64,000 nt of DNA from Candidatus Oxydemutatoraceae bacterium (lineage in GTDB: Bacteria > Pseudomonadota > Gammaproteobacteria > Poriferisulfidales > Oxydemutatoraceae). The notes beneath the pieces were generated by a model. It was given only the letters and a program-made list of their open reading frames with translations, did not search any database and was not told where the DNA came from. The position numbers and the translations under genes are program-made. The stretch spans positions 96,001 through 160,000 of the forward strand of contig OZ244779.1 in NCBI GenBank assembly GCA_965219575.1, in the 5' to 3' direction. Numbering within the stretch: the first letter of the stretch is position 1; every line of letters starts with the position of its first letter. Shown one piece after another: positions 33,176 to 43,960 of the stretch.

Positions 33176-34333
33176 ATGCCGAATCGCTTTGTTTGGTTCT
33201 CGGCCTTTTATTTTTTTTATTTTGCAACGCTCGGTGCCTATCTACCGTATTGGCCTATCTACCTAGAGGCGCAAGGGTTTGCGCTACGAGAAATCGGAGA
33301 GTTGATGGCGATCGCACTGCTGACTAAAATCTTCGCACCGTATATATGGGGATGGCTTGCAGATCGTCTGCAACGACGATTGATACTGATACGCTGGAGC
33401 GATTTTATCGCTTTCTTGGTTTTCATCCCGATATTTTATGCAAAAGATTACCACACGATCGCAATCATTTTGTTCGTATTCAGTTTCTTTTGGAATGCTT
33501 CTCTACCCCAAGTGGAAGTGCTAACCTTGAGTAACCTAAAATACCATGCGCATCGTTATAGTTTGATTCGGCTTTGGGGATCGGTCGGCTTTGTTGCGAT
33601 GAATGTGGTGGGGGCATGGTTGATTTCCGTACGCGGTGCCGATGCCATCCCATGGTTGATTTTATCGTTGTTGTTTTTTCTATGGCTCACAACTCAGACC
33701 TTATCGGAACCCAGATCGTCGCTTCCGATGACTCGCATCCCGAGCATCGTCCATGCCTTCAACGCGCCTATAATTGCGTTATTCGTAATATGTTTTTTAA
33801 TACAATTCGTCCACGGACCTTACTATGCTTATTTCACTATTTATATGCAGGAACAAGGCTATACAACCTATACCATAGGGTGGTTCTGGGCAATCGGTGT
33901 GATTGCCGAAGTTCTGGTATTCCTTTATTGCAGTGCTTTGCTTCGTAGGTATAGCGTTACTCGCTTGTTGCTCATCGTGATTGCGGCAACCGCACTGCGG
34001 TGGTTGTTGCTCGCCTATTATCAAGACGAACTCGCCGTCGTGTTATTCGCCCAAAGTCTGCATGCCATAACATTCGGGGTCTATCACGCGGTTTTGATTT
34101 ATGCGATCTCAAGGTTGTTGCCCAATGGGCTAGAGGGTCGCGGACAGGCTCTATACTCTTCGCTGAGCTTCGGTATGGGTGGGGGGCTCGGCACCTATCT
34201 GGCAAGCCAATTATGGGAGCAAATACCAAGCCGACAATTATTTGTTTACACCGCTCTGGTCACTTTGGTTGCGTTATTCTGCTTGCTTCCGTTGCGTAAG
34301 ACAAAAGGAAGCGAAGCGTTGCGGTCGCCATAA
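33176..34333 (+). CDS. MFS transporter (HcaT/LacY-like)
   Basis: About 12 hydrophobic segments; WGWLADR, IRLWGSVGF, AQSLHAITFG. Confidence 0.88.
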   Translation: MPNRFVWFSAFYFFYFATLGAYLPYWPIYLEAQGFALREIGELMAIALLTKIFAPYIWGWLADRLQRRLILIRWSDFIAFLVFIPIFYAKDYHTIAIILFVFSFFWNASLPQVEVLTLSNLKYHAHRYSLIRLWGSVGFVAMNVVGAWLISVRGADAIPWLILSLLFFLWLTTQTLSEPRSSLPMTRIPSIVHAFNAPIIALFVICFLIQFVHGPYYAYFTIYMQEQGYTTYTIGWFWAIGVIAEVLVFLYCSALLRRYSVTRLLLIVIAATALRWLLLAYYQDELAVVLFAQSLHAITFGVYHAVLIYAISRLLPNGLEGRGQALYSSLSFGMGGGLGTYLASQLWEQIPSRQLFVYTALVTLVALFCLLPLRKTKGSEALRSP

Positions 34334-34993
34334 TTCCGGGGGTGTTTGCCAACCACAAAACTTAGCGACATACTCGATAAATTGCGCCCGGCCGATATTA
34401 AACGCACCGAGGGTTTGCAAATGCGGCGATTGCACCTGACAATCTATCAACATCAGTCGGTGTGCGTAGAGATAGCTGCACAGATAAAACAATGCAACCT
34501 TCGAGGCATCGCTCGTTTTGGAAAACATCGATTCGCCGAAAAACATACACCCGATGCTTACACCGTACAGACCACCGACTAAATCCTCTCGGTTATAGAC
34601 TTCCACCGAATGTGCATAACCGGCGCAATGCAGTTTCAGATAGGCATCTCTCATCTCATCGGTAATCCAAGTTGCCGTACTGCGATTCCTCGGTGCCGCG
34701 CACTGCTCGATAACCGCACCGAAGTCATGGTCTAATCTAATATCGGAAAACTTTGATTTGATGGCTTTGTTCAAGCTACGGCTCACGCGTAGCCCGTTCG
34801 TCAATAAAACCATCCTGGGATTCGGCGACCACCATAGCAAAGGTTGTCCCGCTTCGTACCACGGGAAAATACCGCGGCAGTACGCAGTATATAAGGTTTC
34901 CACTTCAAGGTTGCCGCCGACGGCAAGCAACCCGTCGGCATCCGCAGAAGAAATATCGGGGAAGTGCGGATATCGTGTGTCAAGCTCAACCAT
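34274..34993 (-). CDS. aat: Leucyl/phenylalanyl-tRNA-protein transferase
   Basis: GIFPW, WWSPNPR, AHSVEV, FFGESMFS, DASKVA. Confidence 0.96.
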   Translation of the reverse strand: MVELDTRYPHFPDISSADADGLLAVGGNLEVETLYTAYCRGIFPWYEAGQPLLWWSPNPRMVLLTNGLRVSRSLNKAIKSKFSDIRLDHDFGAVIEQCAAPRNRSTATWITDEMRDAYLKLHCAGYAHSVEVYNREDLVGGLYGVSIGCMFFGESMFSKTSDASKVALFYLCSYLYAHRLMLIDCQVQSPHLQTLGAFNIGRAQFIEYVAKFCGWQTPPELWRPQRFASFCLTQRKQAE

Positions 34994-35003
34994 CTCTCGG
35001 TTT

Positions 35004-37248
<2,245 letters not shown>

Positions 37249-37349
37249 CTATATACAAGCCTTAAAACATTGCCGTAGGGCAAACCATTCCCCTACACAG
37301 GAGGGGAATACCGCTTTTGAAACATTGCCGCAACCGTACATGCGGTTGC

Positions 37350-37760
37350 TCAATTTAAGCTGTTTACCCGAGTGCCGTCCTTGTTATAGATTACAAGCTC
37401 GTGCGGCGTAATGCTCAGTTGTTCTATCGTATCTACATCTTCTCGCACGAACAATTTAATCGCATCGGAGTCAAGGGTCGTCCGATTGCCTAGAGAATCG
37501 CTTAACACCAGTTGTGCGCGCTCTTTTTGTAGTTGTTCATCTTCGGGTACGGATAGGCGAGCTATCGCTTCGCCGCGCGAATCAATCAGAATAAGTTCTC
37601 GGGTTTTGACGACATTCTGTATGTCTCGGTTGCCGGGGCGTAGTTCGACGGGCATCAACGATTCGTACAGAAAAAAAGCAACGACGACGATAACAGCCAG
37701 GCGCATATTGCGCAAATGCCGTTCCATAGTTTGTAGACGATGTTCAATATCGGTATCCAT
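37350..37760 (-). CDS. Hypothetical single-TM protein
   Basis: ATG with a GGAG RBS; TM helix followed by repeated LxxxDxxG beta-hairpin-like motifs. Confidence 0.65.
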   Translation of the reverse strand: MDTDIEHRLQTMERHLRNMRLAVIVVVAFFLYESLMPVELRPGNRDIQNVVKTRELILIDSRGEAIARLSVPEDEQLQKERAQLVLSDSLGNRTTLDSDAIKLFVREDVDTIEQLSITPHELVIYNKDGTRVNSLN

Positions 37761-37865
37761 AATCTCTCCTTTGTGTATAAGTTACCTTTGATTGTCGGTT
37801 TTAGTAGTATAATCAATATGACAGCATTTCGCTGTAGTATTCATCAACAACATGGAGTATACGAT

Positions 37866-38138
37866 ATGAACAAAAAACATTTATTTATTGCGACTCTAGT
37901 CGGTATGAGCGCACTAGCAACCACCGCCCAAGCAGTTCCGGATGCCCCAAAAGAATGGGAAAAATGCGCCGGTGTCTCCAAAGCGGGAATGAACGATTGC
38001 GGTGCATTGGACGGTTCGCACAACTGTGGCGGAAACGCAAAGGCAGATAATCTTGACATCGAATGGATTTATGTGCCTGCAGGTACCTGTAAGAAGCTCA
38101 CCGGAGGGCAAATTGCAGCAACCAAATCCGCTAAGTAA
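37866..38138 (+). CDS. DUF2282 / BufA1-type bufferin precursor
   Basis: Signal peptide; EKCAGVSKAGMNDC...HNCGG...EWIYVPAGTCKKL. Confidence 0.88.
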   Translation: MNKKHLFIATLVGMSALATTAQAVPDAPKEWEKCAGVSKAGMNDCGALDGSHNCGGNAKADNLDIEWIYVPAGTCKKLTGGQIAATKSAK

Positions 38139-38154
38139 ACGACCCAACGACACT

Positions 38155-38997
38155 TTGGTCAAACAACAATGCAACGGCGTGGGCTTAGGTCTACGACCGT
38201 TGCATTTGACCGAAGTGATGCGGGAAAATCCTGCCGTGCCGTGGTTTGAAGTGCATATCTGTAACTTCTTGAACCAAGGCCTTAATCACACCCAACTCTA
38301 CCGAATACGCCAAGACTATCCGCTCAGTTTTCACGGTGTTAACCTGAATCTCGGCGGCAACGATCCGCTGGACTACGATTATTTGCGCAAACTCAAACAA
38401 GCGGTCGATCTATACGAACCTGCGCTAATCTCCGAGCATGCCTGCTTCACGACACATCAAGATCATTATTTCCACGACCTGATGCCCATACCTTATACGC
38501 CGGAAGCGGTTGCGAACATGACCCAACGCATCATGACGGTGCAGGATATACTCGAACGGGAAATCCTCATAGAAAATGTCTCCCGTTATTTTAGCTACGA
38601 GGAGAGCGCATTGAGCGAGGGCGAGTTCTTGGCGGCGGTCTGCATCGAAGCAAAGTGTGGTTTGCTACTTGATTTGAACAATGCCTATGTCAATCAACGC
38701 AACCTGAATGAAAACTTGGATGACTTCATAGCCCAATTACCGATAGCAAAAGTAAAGGAAATTCATCTGGCGGGCTACAGCGAATACGAAGATATACTGG
38801 TTGATACGCATAGTGCGATGGTATCCGACGATGTCTGGAAATGTTACAGACAATTTTGCACCCATCACCATGACATCCCTTGCTTGATTGAATGGGATAG
38901 TAATTTGCCGTCCTTCGCAGTATTGATGGAACAACGCTTGATTGCTCAGCAGATTATCGACCAAAGTGAGACTCAACCCAGAGCCTCGCTCAGTTGA
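38155..38997 (+). CDS. DUF692 multinuclear non-heme iron oxidase (BufB-like)
   Basis: GLGLR, WFEVH, SEHACF, DLMPIPYT, ENVS, LLLDLNN, EIHLAG, DTH, LIEWD. Start uncertain. Confidence 0.9.
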   Translation: MVKQQCNGVGLGLRPLHLTEVMRENPAVPWFEVHICNFLNQGLNHTQLYRIRQDYPLSFHGVNLNLGGNDPLDYDYLRKLKQAVDLYEPALISEHACFTTHQDHYFHDLMPIPYTPEAVANMTQRIMTVQDILEREILIENVSRYFSYEESALSEGEFLAAVCIEAKCGLLLDLNNAYVNQRNLNENLDDFIAQLPIAKVKEIHLAGYSEYEDILVDTHSAMVSDDVWKCYRQFCTHHHDIPCLIEWDSNLPSFAVLMEQRLIAQQIIDQSETQPRASLS

Positions 38998-39551
38998 ATA
39001 AAGCGCGTCAACCGATAGGCTATGCGGAGTCCTTGCGGAATTTCTGCGATGCCGTCCTCAACGATAATAAAAAGGTTGCCGTCTATAGCAATAATTATCG
39101 CGGTGCGCATCGTCGCGCCCTTCAAAATATCTATCTGACCGTGCAGCACTACCTAGACGCAAATATATTTTCCGCATTAGCCCTCGTTTATGCGCAACAC
39201 TATCCGCCGACACACTGGGATCTGAATATCTACGGAGAAGATTTCGCGGAACTACTCGCCGCACAAACACAAAGCGTTAAAGCAAAGGAAGCCGACTGGG
39301 CATTGCTCGCAACGCTCGCCCGTATAGAATACGCAATTAGCCGTGTCTACTACGGCTATACCGAGCAATACGAACAAATACCGCCACATCCCCAAGCGAT
39401 AAACGGCACAGACTTCGTCTCTCAATTACAAAAGCAACACCCTTATACGAAGATTGCAGACAACTTAGACATCAACCGAACCATGAGAGTGCTACAACCG
39501 CAAACCGACTCAAAGATATACATAGATAACGGCTCAACCTGCGAGCCTTGA
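38994..39551 (+). CDS. DUF2063 partner protein (BufC-like)
   Basis: VYSNNY...YPPTHWDLNIYGEDF...LARIEYA; follows DUF692. Confidence 0.8.
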   Translation: MNKARQPIGYAESLRNFCDAVLNDNKKVAVYSNNYRGAHRRALQNIYLTVQHYLDANIFSALALVYAQHYPPTHWDLNIYGEDFAELLAAQTQSVKAKEADWALLATLARIEYAISRVYYGYTEQYEQIPPHPQAINGTDFVSQLQKQHPYTKIADNLDINRTMRVLQPQTDSKIYIDNGSTCEP

Positions 39552-39599
39552 ACCGCAGGGAAGCATAATTCCCCTTCTGTGAAAGGGCAGACGCAGCAT

Positions 39600-40456
39600 G
39601 GGGCTGTTGAAAAAGTGCGGACATCGCACAACACCAACCGCCCTGCGCCATAAATATTTGTAAACCAACCGTAGGGGCGGACTTATATGTCCGCCCGAAA
39701 CCGTATCATGTTTGCACGATTAACGCGTTTACCCATTAATATTATGGAAACCATTATTTGTTGGCGCAAAGCGGTTAGGTTTGTGCATGACGTTAGTTAA
39801 GGGCAGACACACAGGTCTGCCCCTACGGCTTGGTGGTTATTGTAAATTTAGGCGCAAGCGGTTACGATTGTGCAACGATATTTTTTCAACAGTCCCACAT
39901 GGGGCTGTTGAAAAAGTGCGGACATCGCACAACACCAACCGCCCTGCGCCATAAATATTTGTAAACCAACCGTAGGGGCGGACTTATATGTCCGCCCGAA
40001 ACCGTATCATGTTTGCACGATTAACGCGTTTACCCATTAATATTATGGAAACCATTATTTGTTGGCGCAAAGCGGTTAGGTTTGTGCATGACGTTAGTTA
40101 AGGGCAGACACACAGGTCTGCCCCTACGGCTTGGTGGTTATTGTAAATTTAGGCGCAAGCGGTTACGATTGTGCAACGATATTTTTTCAACAGTCCCACA
40201 TGGGGCTGTTGAAAAAGTATCCACGAACCGTAGGGGCGGACTAACATGTCCGCCCGTAACGCGTTGGTCGGCACGATTTATACATTCATCCATTCAATTT
40301 ATGGAAACCAAAACCAAATGGCGCAAGTGGTTGGTGTCGTGCAGAACGGTACTTAAGGGCAGACATACAGGTCTGCCCCTACGGCTTGGTGGTTATTATA
40401 AATTCACGGCGCAAGCGGTTACGGTTGCAAGCTGACGATACTTTTTCAACAGCCCG
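39600..40456. mobile_element. Tandem array of three MITE family A copies
   Basis: Units 39600-39896 and 39901-40197 (apparently identical, period 301) and 40202-40456, each followed by ACAT. Confidence 0.92.
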
Positions 40457-40554
40457 ACATTTCTACTTTGGGTTGACAGGCGCGTTGTATCAGCACAAAT
40501 AATATCGTTTGTCCATTGAATTACGAAACCCCCACCTTCAATATTAACGCCCCG

Positions 40555-41796
40555 TTACTCGGCAATACTTTTAATCCTCTTTTCAATTAGAGCCATGTTA
40601 GCTTTCCCTACACCGAATTCGGCGGCAAGACTGCGCCAACGACCCAGTGCGGTTCGGGTTTGTTCAATCGCTGCGTCTATGGTGGATTGCGGTAATTTTG
40701 CCTCCAGCCCTAGTTTGATTAAATGGCTTAGTGACGGACTTTTGCCTTCGCCCATCACCGTAGTACTTTGCTCTCCGTTCGGTCCGGAAGAGAATGTCAA
40801 ATCATACGCCGGTGATAATCGCCATTCGCCGGTTGCATCCATCAAAAAACTAAAATTCTTTGAATGGTCGTCTCGGTTATGTGCCAAAACATTAAACACG
40901 GCAAGTCTAAACATTTTCTCCACTTCCCTGATATCGTGCGTGAGTATCATTGTAAGAGCCAGCAAATCTTCGTAATCAAGTGAAGGTGTTCTAAAATCGG
41001 AATGCAATAGACCACAAACACTATGGCAATGAAGCCGCCGGTGCCTCTCTCTATCAAAACGTTGGGTTGCAAAATAGCCTGCACCCCTTTGCGCAGGAAA
41101 GAGATACGTCTTTGTCATTTCAAGCCCGGCATCCACAGCCATTAAAGCATAAACATACTCAATCGCTCCGGCATCAAGCCCATCGCCGATACTCGGAAAC
41201 TTCACAAGCCACGCTTCAAATCCATCGCGTAAAGGATGTGTGTCATAGATAACACGCCTACTATCGTCAACACTAATCATTGCTTTGGGGCGCGCGCCTG
41301 CCGCCGAGCTATTTAGAGTTAACAATTCCTGTAGCACCTCATCGTCAGTGGCCTTGCCCTCTAAAATGTCTGCCGCATGGGTTGCCAATCGGTTCAAATC
41401 GAGTTCACCTCTAATCACTTTCCTATTTTGTTCAGGCTCATACACCAAAGCACCCATCTCGATATGACCGACATAGGCAAGCCGGTCTAGGGGTGTCAGC
41501 TCGCTTGGCAAAATACCATTCATGCGTGCCTGCCGATCCAACAATAACCGCCCCCAGCCGTCGGATAGACTATCGTTGAATATTCCGGGCAAGCCCTCAA
41601 ACACAGAACTATCAAAGGTTTGAATACCGGGATGCAAAGGACACTTCAGCGGAGAAATCTCCAAACCGCGCTTTAGAAAAGTGCCGTCGTATTCAAAATG
41701 AATTTGCCCATCGTGCAGAACCAATCGCCCGACCGGCAAAACCTCATCGCCAAAGACTATGCCTATTTTGATTTGATTGACCAATACTTCTTTCAT
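40555..41796 (-). CDS. hipA: HipA family Ser/Thr kinase toxin
   Basis: LPGIFNDSLSDGWG, GARPKA, WLVKF, RFDR, HNRDDHSKNFSFL, LSPAYDL. Confidence 0.93.
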   Translation of the reverse strand: MKEVLVNQIKIGIVFGDEVLPVGRLVLHDGQIHFEYDGTFLKRGLEISPLKCPLHPGIQTFDSSVFEGLPGIFNDSLSDGWGRLLLDRQARMNGILPSELTPLDRLAYVGHIEMGALVYEPEQNRKVIRGELDLNRLATHAADILEGKATDDEVLQELLTLNSSAAGARPKAMISVDDSRRVIYDTHPLRDGFEAWLVKFPSIGDGLDAGAIEYVYALMAVDAGLEMTKTYLFPAQRGAGYFATQRFDRERHRRLHCHSVCGLLHSDFRTPSLDYEDLLALTMILTHDIREVEKMFRLAVFNVLAHNRDDHSKNFSFLMDATGEWRLSPAYDLTFSSGPNGEQSTTVMGEGKSPSLSHLIKLGLEAKLPQSTIDAAIEQTRTALGRWRSLAAEFGVGKANMALIEKRIKSIAE

Positions 41797-41844
41797 GTAC
41801 GCCAACCCCTTTTAGGCGTTTTTTGTTAACACTTAAAATCTCGT

Positions 41845-42507
41845 CTATATCTTATGATCTGATGAGTAAATATCGGAAATATTTGTGATTGACTTATCCC
41901 AAAGAGAAAAAGTCATTATTTCCTTTTGAAAAATGATGGTGCCGATCTTTAATTTCTCTTGAGGATTATTGATTATTTTGGATAGGTATTCTTCCGGATA
42001 ATTAAACGACCAATTAACCTCTTTATTTTGATCTCTATAACCACTACAAATAGGCACTATTCTAATCGTAGACTCGAACCTCAAATCTTTGGTATAGTCA
42101 AGCAGTAATGCAACATAAACCTTGTCATTTTTCAATGTGATATAGACAATTTCATTTTTCCACAGATAGCAACATTCGTGGAATGGATCAAGAGACGATT
42201 TACTAATGTTACTGATATAAGCAGCTAAACGACCTAGAGTCATCGCAAGCAGTATTGAACAAACTAATTCCGTAGAAAACCTTATGAAACCACATTTCCT
42301 ATCCGAGTCCGAAAAGCACTTAAATGATTCACTAACAGGTGAAATCTCAAAAATATAATAGCTAGGCATGGCAAAAATTACTACTGCGAAAAGATATGCC
42401 CAACCTTCTGCCCGAGGACGGGTTGTATACAACCACCGGTTATAAACCCAGAGGCCTACGATGCCCGATATAATCGCAAAAAGATTATTTATGTTTATAT
42501 CCGGCAT
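41845..42507 (-). CDS. Hypothetical membrane protein (3 TM + soluble domain)
   Basis: AT-rich 220-aa ORF; ITLKNDKVYV...PICSGYRD. Confidence 0.7.
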   Translation of the reverse strand: MPDININNLFAIISGIVGLWVYNRWLYTTRPRAEGWAYLFAVVIFAMPSYYIFEISPVSESFKCFSDSDRKCGFIRFSTELVCSILLAMTLGRLAAYISNISKSSLDPFHECCYLWKNEIVYITLKNDKVYVALLLDYTKDLRFESTIRIVPICSGYRDQNKEVNWSFNYPEEYLSKIINNPQEKLKIGTIIFQKEIMTFSLWDKSITNISDIYSSDHKI

Positions 42508-42565
42508 GCGAAAACTAATTTGTACTCAATAATTCCCGCTTTACTGTCTTAGGGATGGTAGGTAT

Positions 42566-42754
42566 CTATTGCTCTGATGAGTTGTTTTTCCGAGACATCT
42601 TTGATTTAACTACTTCCTGTACTTCCCTTATCTTGTCCATATTGTCCCGAATAATAATGCCTGGGTTAGGGGGTCTCTCGCCATAAGTTCCCTTAGGCCA
42701 AATAAGGTTCTCAATTATTTCTTTATAATTTCTTTTGCTTGATTTAGTAGCCAC
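42566..42754 (-). CDS. Small hypothetical protein
   Basis: AAGGAG RBS just upstream of GTG 42754; co-oriented with the membrane protein gene. Confidence 0.5.
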   Translation of the reverse strand: MATKSSKRNYKEIIENLIWPKGTYGERPPNPGIIIRDNMDKIREVQEVVKSKMSRKNNSSEQ

Positions 42755-42989
42755 AATCAACTCCTTTTTTCATACATTGAGTAAGCATTTTGTAATACCA
42801 TAAAAACAATTAGAATCTAGTTCCTCTTGATATTTCAATCTATAAGGCTAAATATAAATATCATAATTAGTATATAGCAATACCGGCATTTTACCAATTT
42901 ATACCCGAGCGGGATGCTAGATACTTCTAACCTAAAGTTTAGATGTTCCTGACTTACCATATTATCCTCTTGGAACTTTCTTAATAGAC

Positions 42990-43017
42990 TTGACAATCCT
43001 TATAGACCCCATATAAT
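42990..43017 (+). promoter_or_regulatory. Consensus sigma70 promoter
   Basis: TTGACA-16 nt-TATAAT upstream of an AAGGAG RBS and ATG 43069. Confidence 0.7.
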
Positions 43018-43068
43018 TCATATTATAAAAATAAAATCGTCAACATTTTTTAACGAAGGAGATAGATT

Positions 43069-43779
43069 ATGGAAAAAAAGAATTTAACCGAATTGATTGA
43101 AAGAGACAAACAGAATCCTACAATAGGTACTATGAGAGAAATATGTCGTCAATATCCATTTCAGAGGGGGAAAGCGTATAAACTCAAGGATATAATAGAT
43201 AGAATTCATGAATATATAAAACTGAAAACTGGCTTTACTATTGATAAAAATAAAATACGGATGCGCCTTAAAAAGATTGTTAAAGAAAAAGACTTTTTTG
43301 AAAGCGATAATACATTACCCGATGTTAAAGGCTATTATAAATATGCTGGGCATATAAATGAAGATAGTACTTCTCAACCTCAACAAGAAGTCAGTAATGA
43401 CAATTTCAGTAAAAATATAAAGGCAGAAGAAACACATGGATATGGAGAATATAGGGTGTACGCATGGTGTCTCCCATTGTATCGAGAACATTCAAATAGT
43501 GAAGGTCGTTACCGAGTCAAAATTGGTATGACTAAAAGTCTCGTAGGAAGGCAACAAGATGTTCAAGCAAACCTACCCGAAAAACAAATGTTTTTAGCAG
43601 AATTCCGTTGCTCTAGCCAATCAGACGCACAGGAACTTGAGAAGGCTTTTCATACTATATTTAAGAAATGGAAAATTAAAGATATCCCTGGACAAGAGTG
43701 GTTTTTAACTAGTAAAGAAGAGATTATCAAAACGTATGATCGCTACTTTGCCCCAATTCCTAACCCTGTGAAGAGCTGA
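43069..43779 (+). CDS. T5orf172/MUG113-like GIY-YIG domain protein
   Basis: VYAW...VKIGMT...R...LEKAFH...GQEWFLTS. Confidence 0.8.
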   Translation: MEKKNLTELIERDKQNPTIGTMREICRQYPFQRGKAYKLKDIIDRIHEYIKLKTGFTIDKNKIRMRLKKIVKEKDFFESDNTLPDVKGYYKYAGHINEDSTSQPQQEVSNDNFSKNIKAEETHGYGEYRVYAWCLPLYREHSNSEGRYRVKIGMTKSLVGRQQDVQANLPEKQMFLAEFRCSSQSDAQELEKAFHTIFKKWKIKDIPGQEWFLTSKEEIIKTYDRYFAPIPNPVKS

Positions 43780-43910
43780 TCTCTAGCCTTCGCAACGCCC
43801 TGTCCGCTCTGTGCGGAGAATAGCTGTGCCGATGCATGATAATCGGTTAATGTTGCCGATGTTTTTTGCAGGCATCGTGCCACCTCGCTGCGTTTTAGCT
43901 TGTCGGTTTT
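43743..43910 (-). pseudogene. Displaced duplicate of the engB 3' end
   Basis: KTDKLKRSEVARCLQKTSATLTDYHASAQLFSAQSGQGVAKARDQL matches the engB C-terminus at 49912-50071. Confidence 0.88.
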
Positions 43911-43960
43911 CGCAATAGCCCGGCAAGCTACCGCGCCTTGCACACCCTTTGCCGAATTCC

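Noticed and set aside
39600-40456. Possible CRISPR array or integron cassette array
   Set aside because: Units are 255-297 bp TIR-bounded elements with no unique spacers or cassette ORFs, and no cas or intI gene is in the window.
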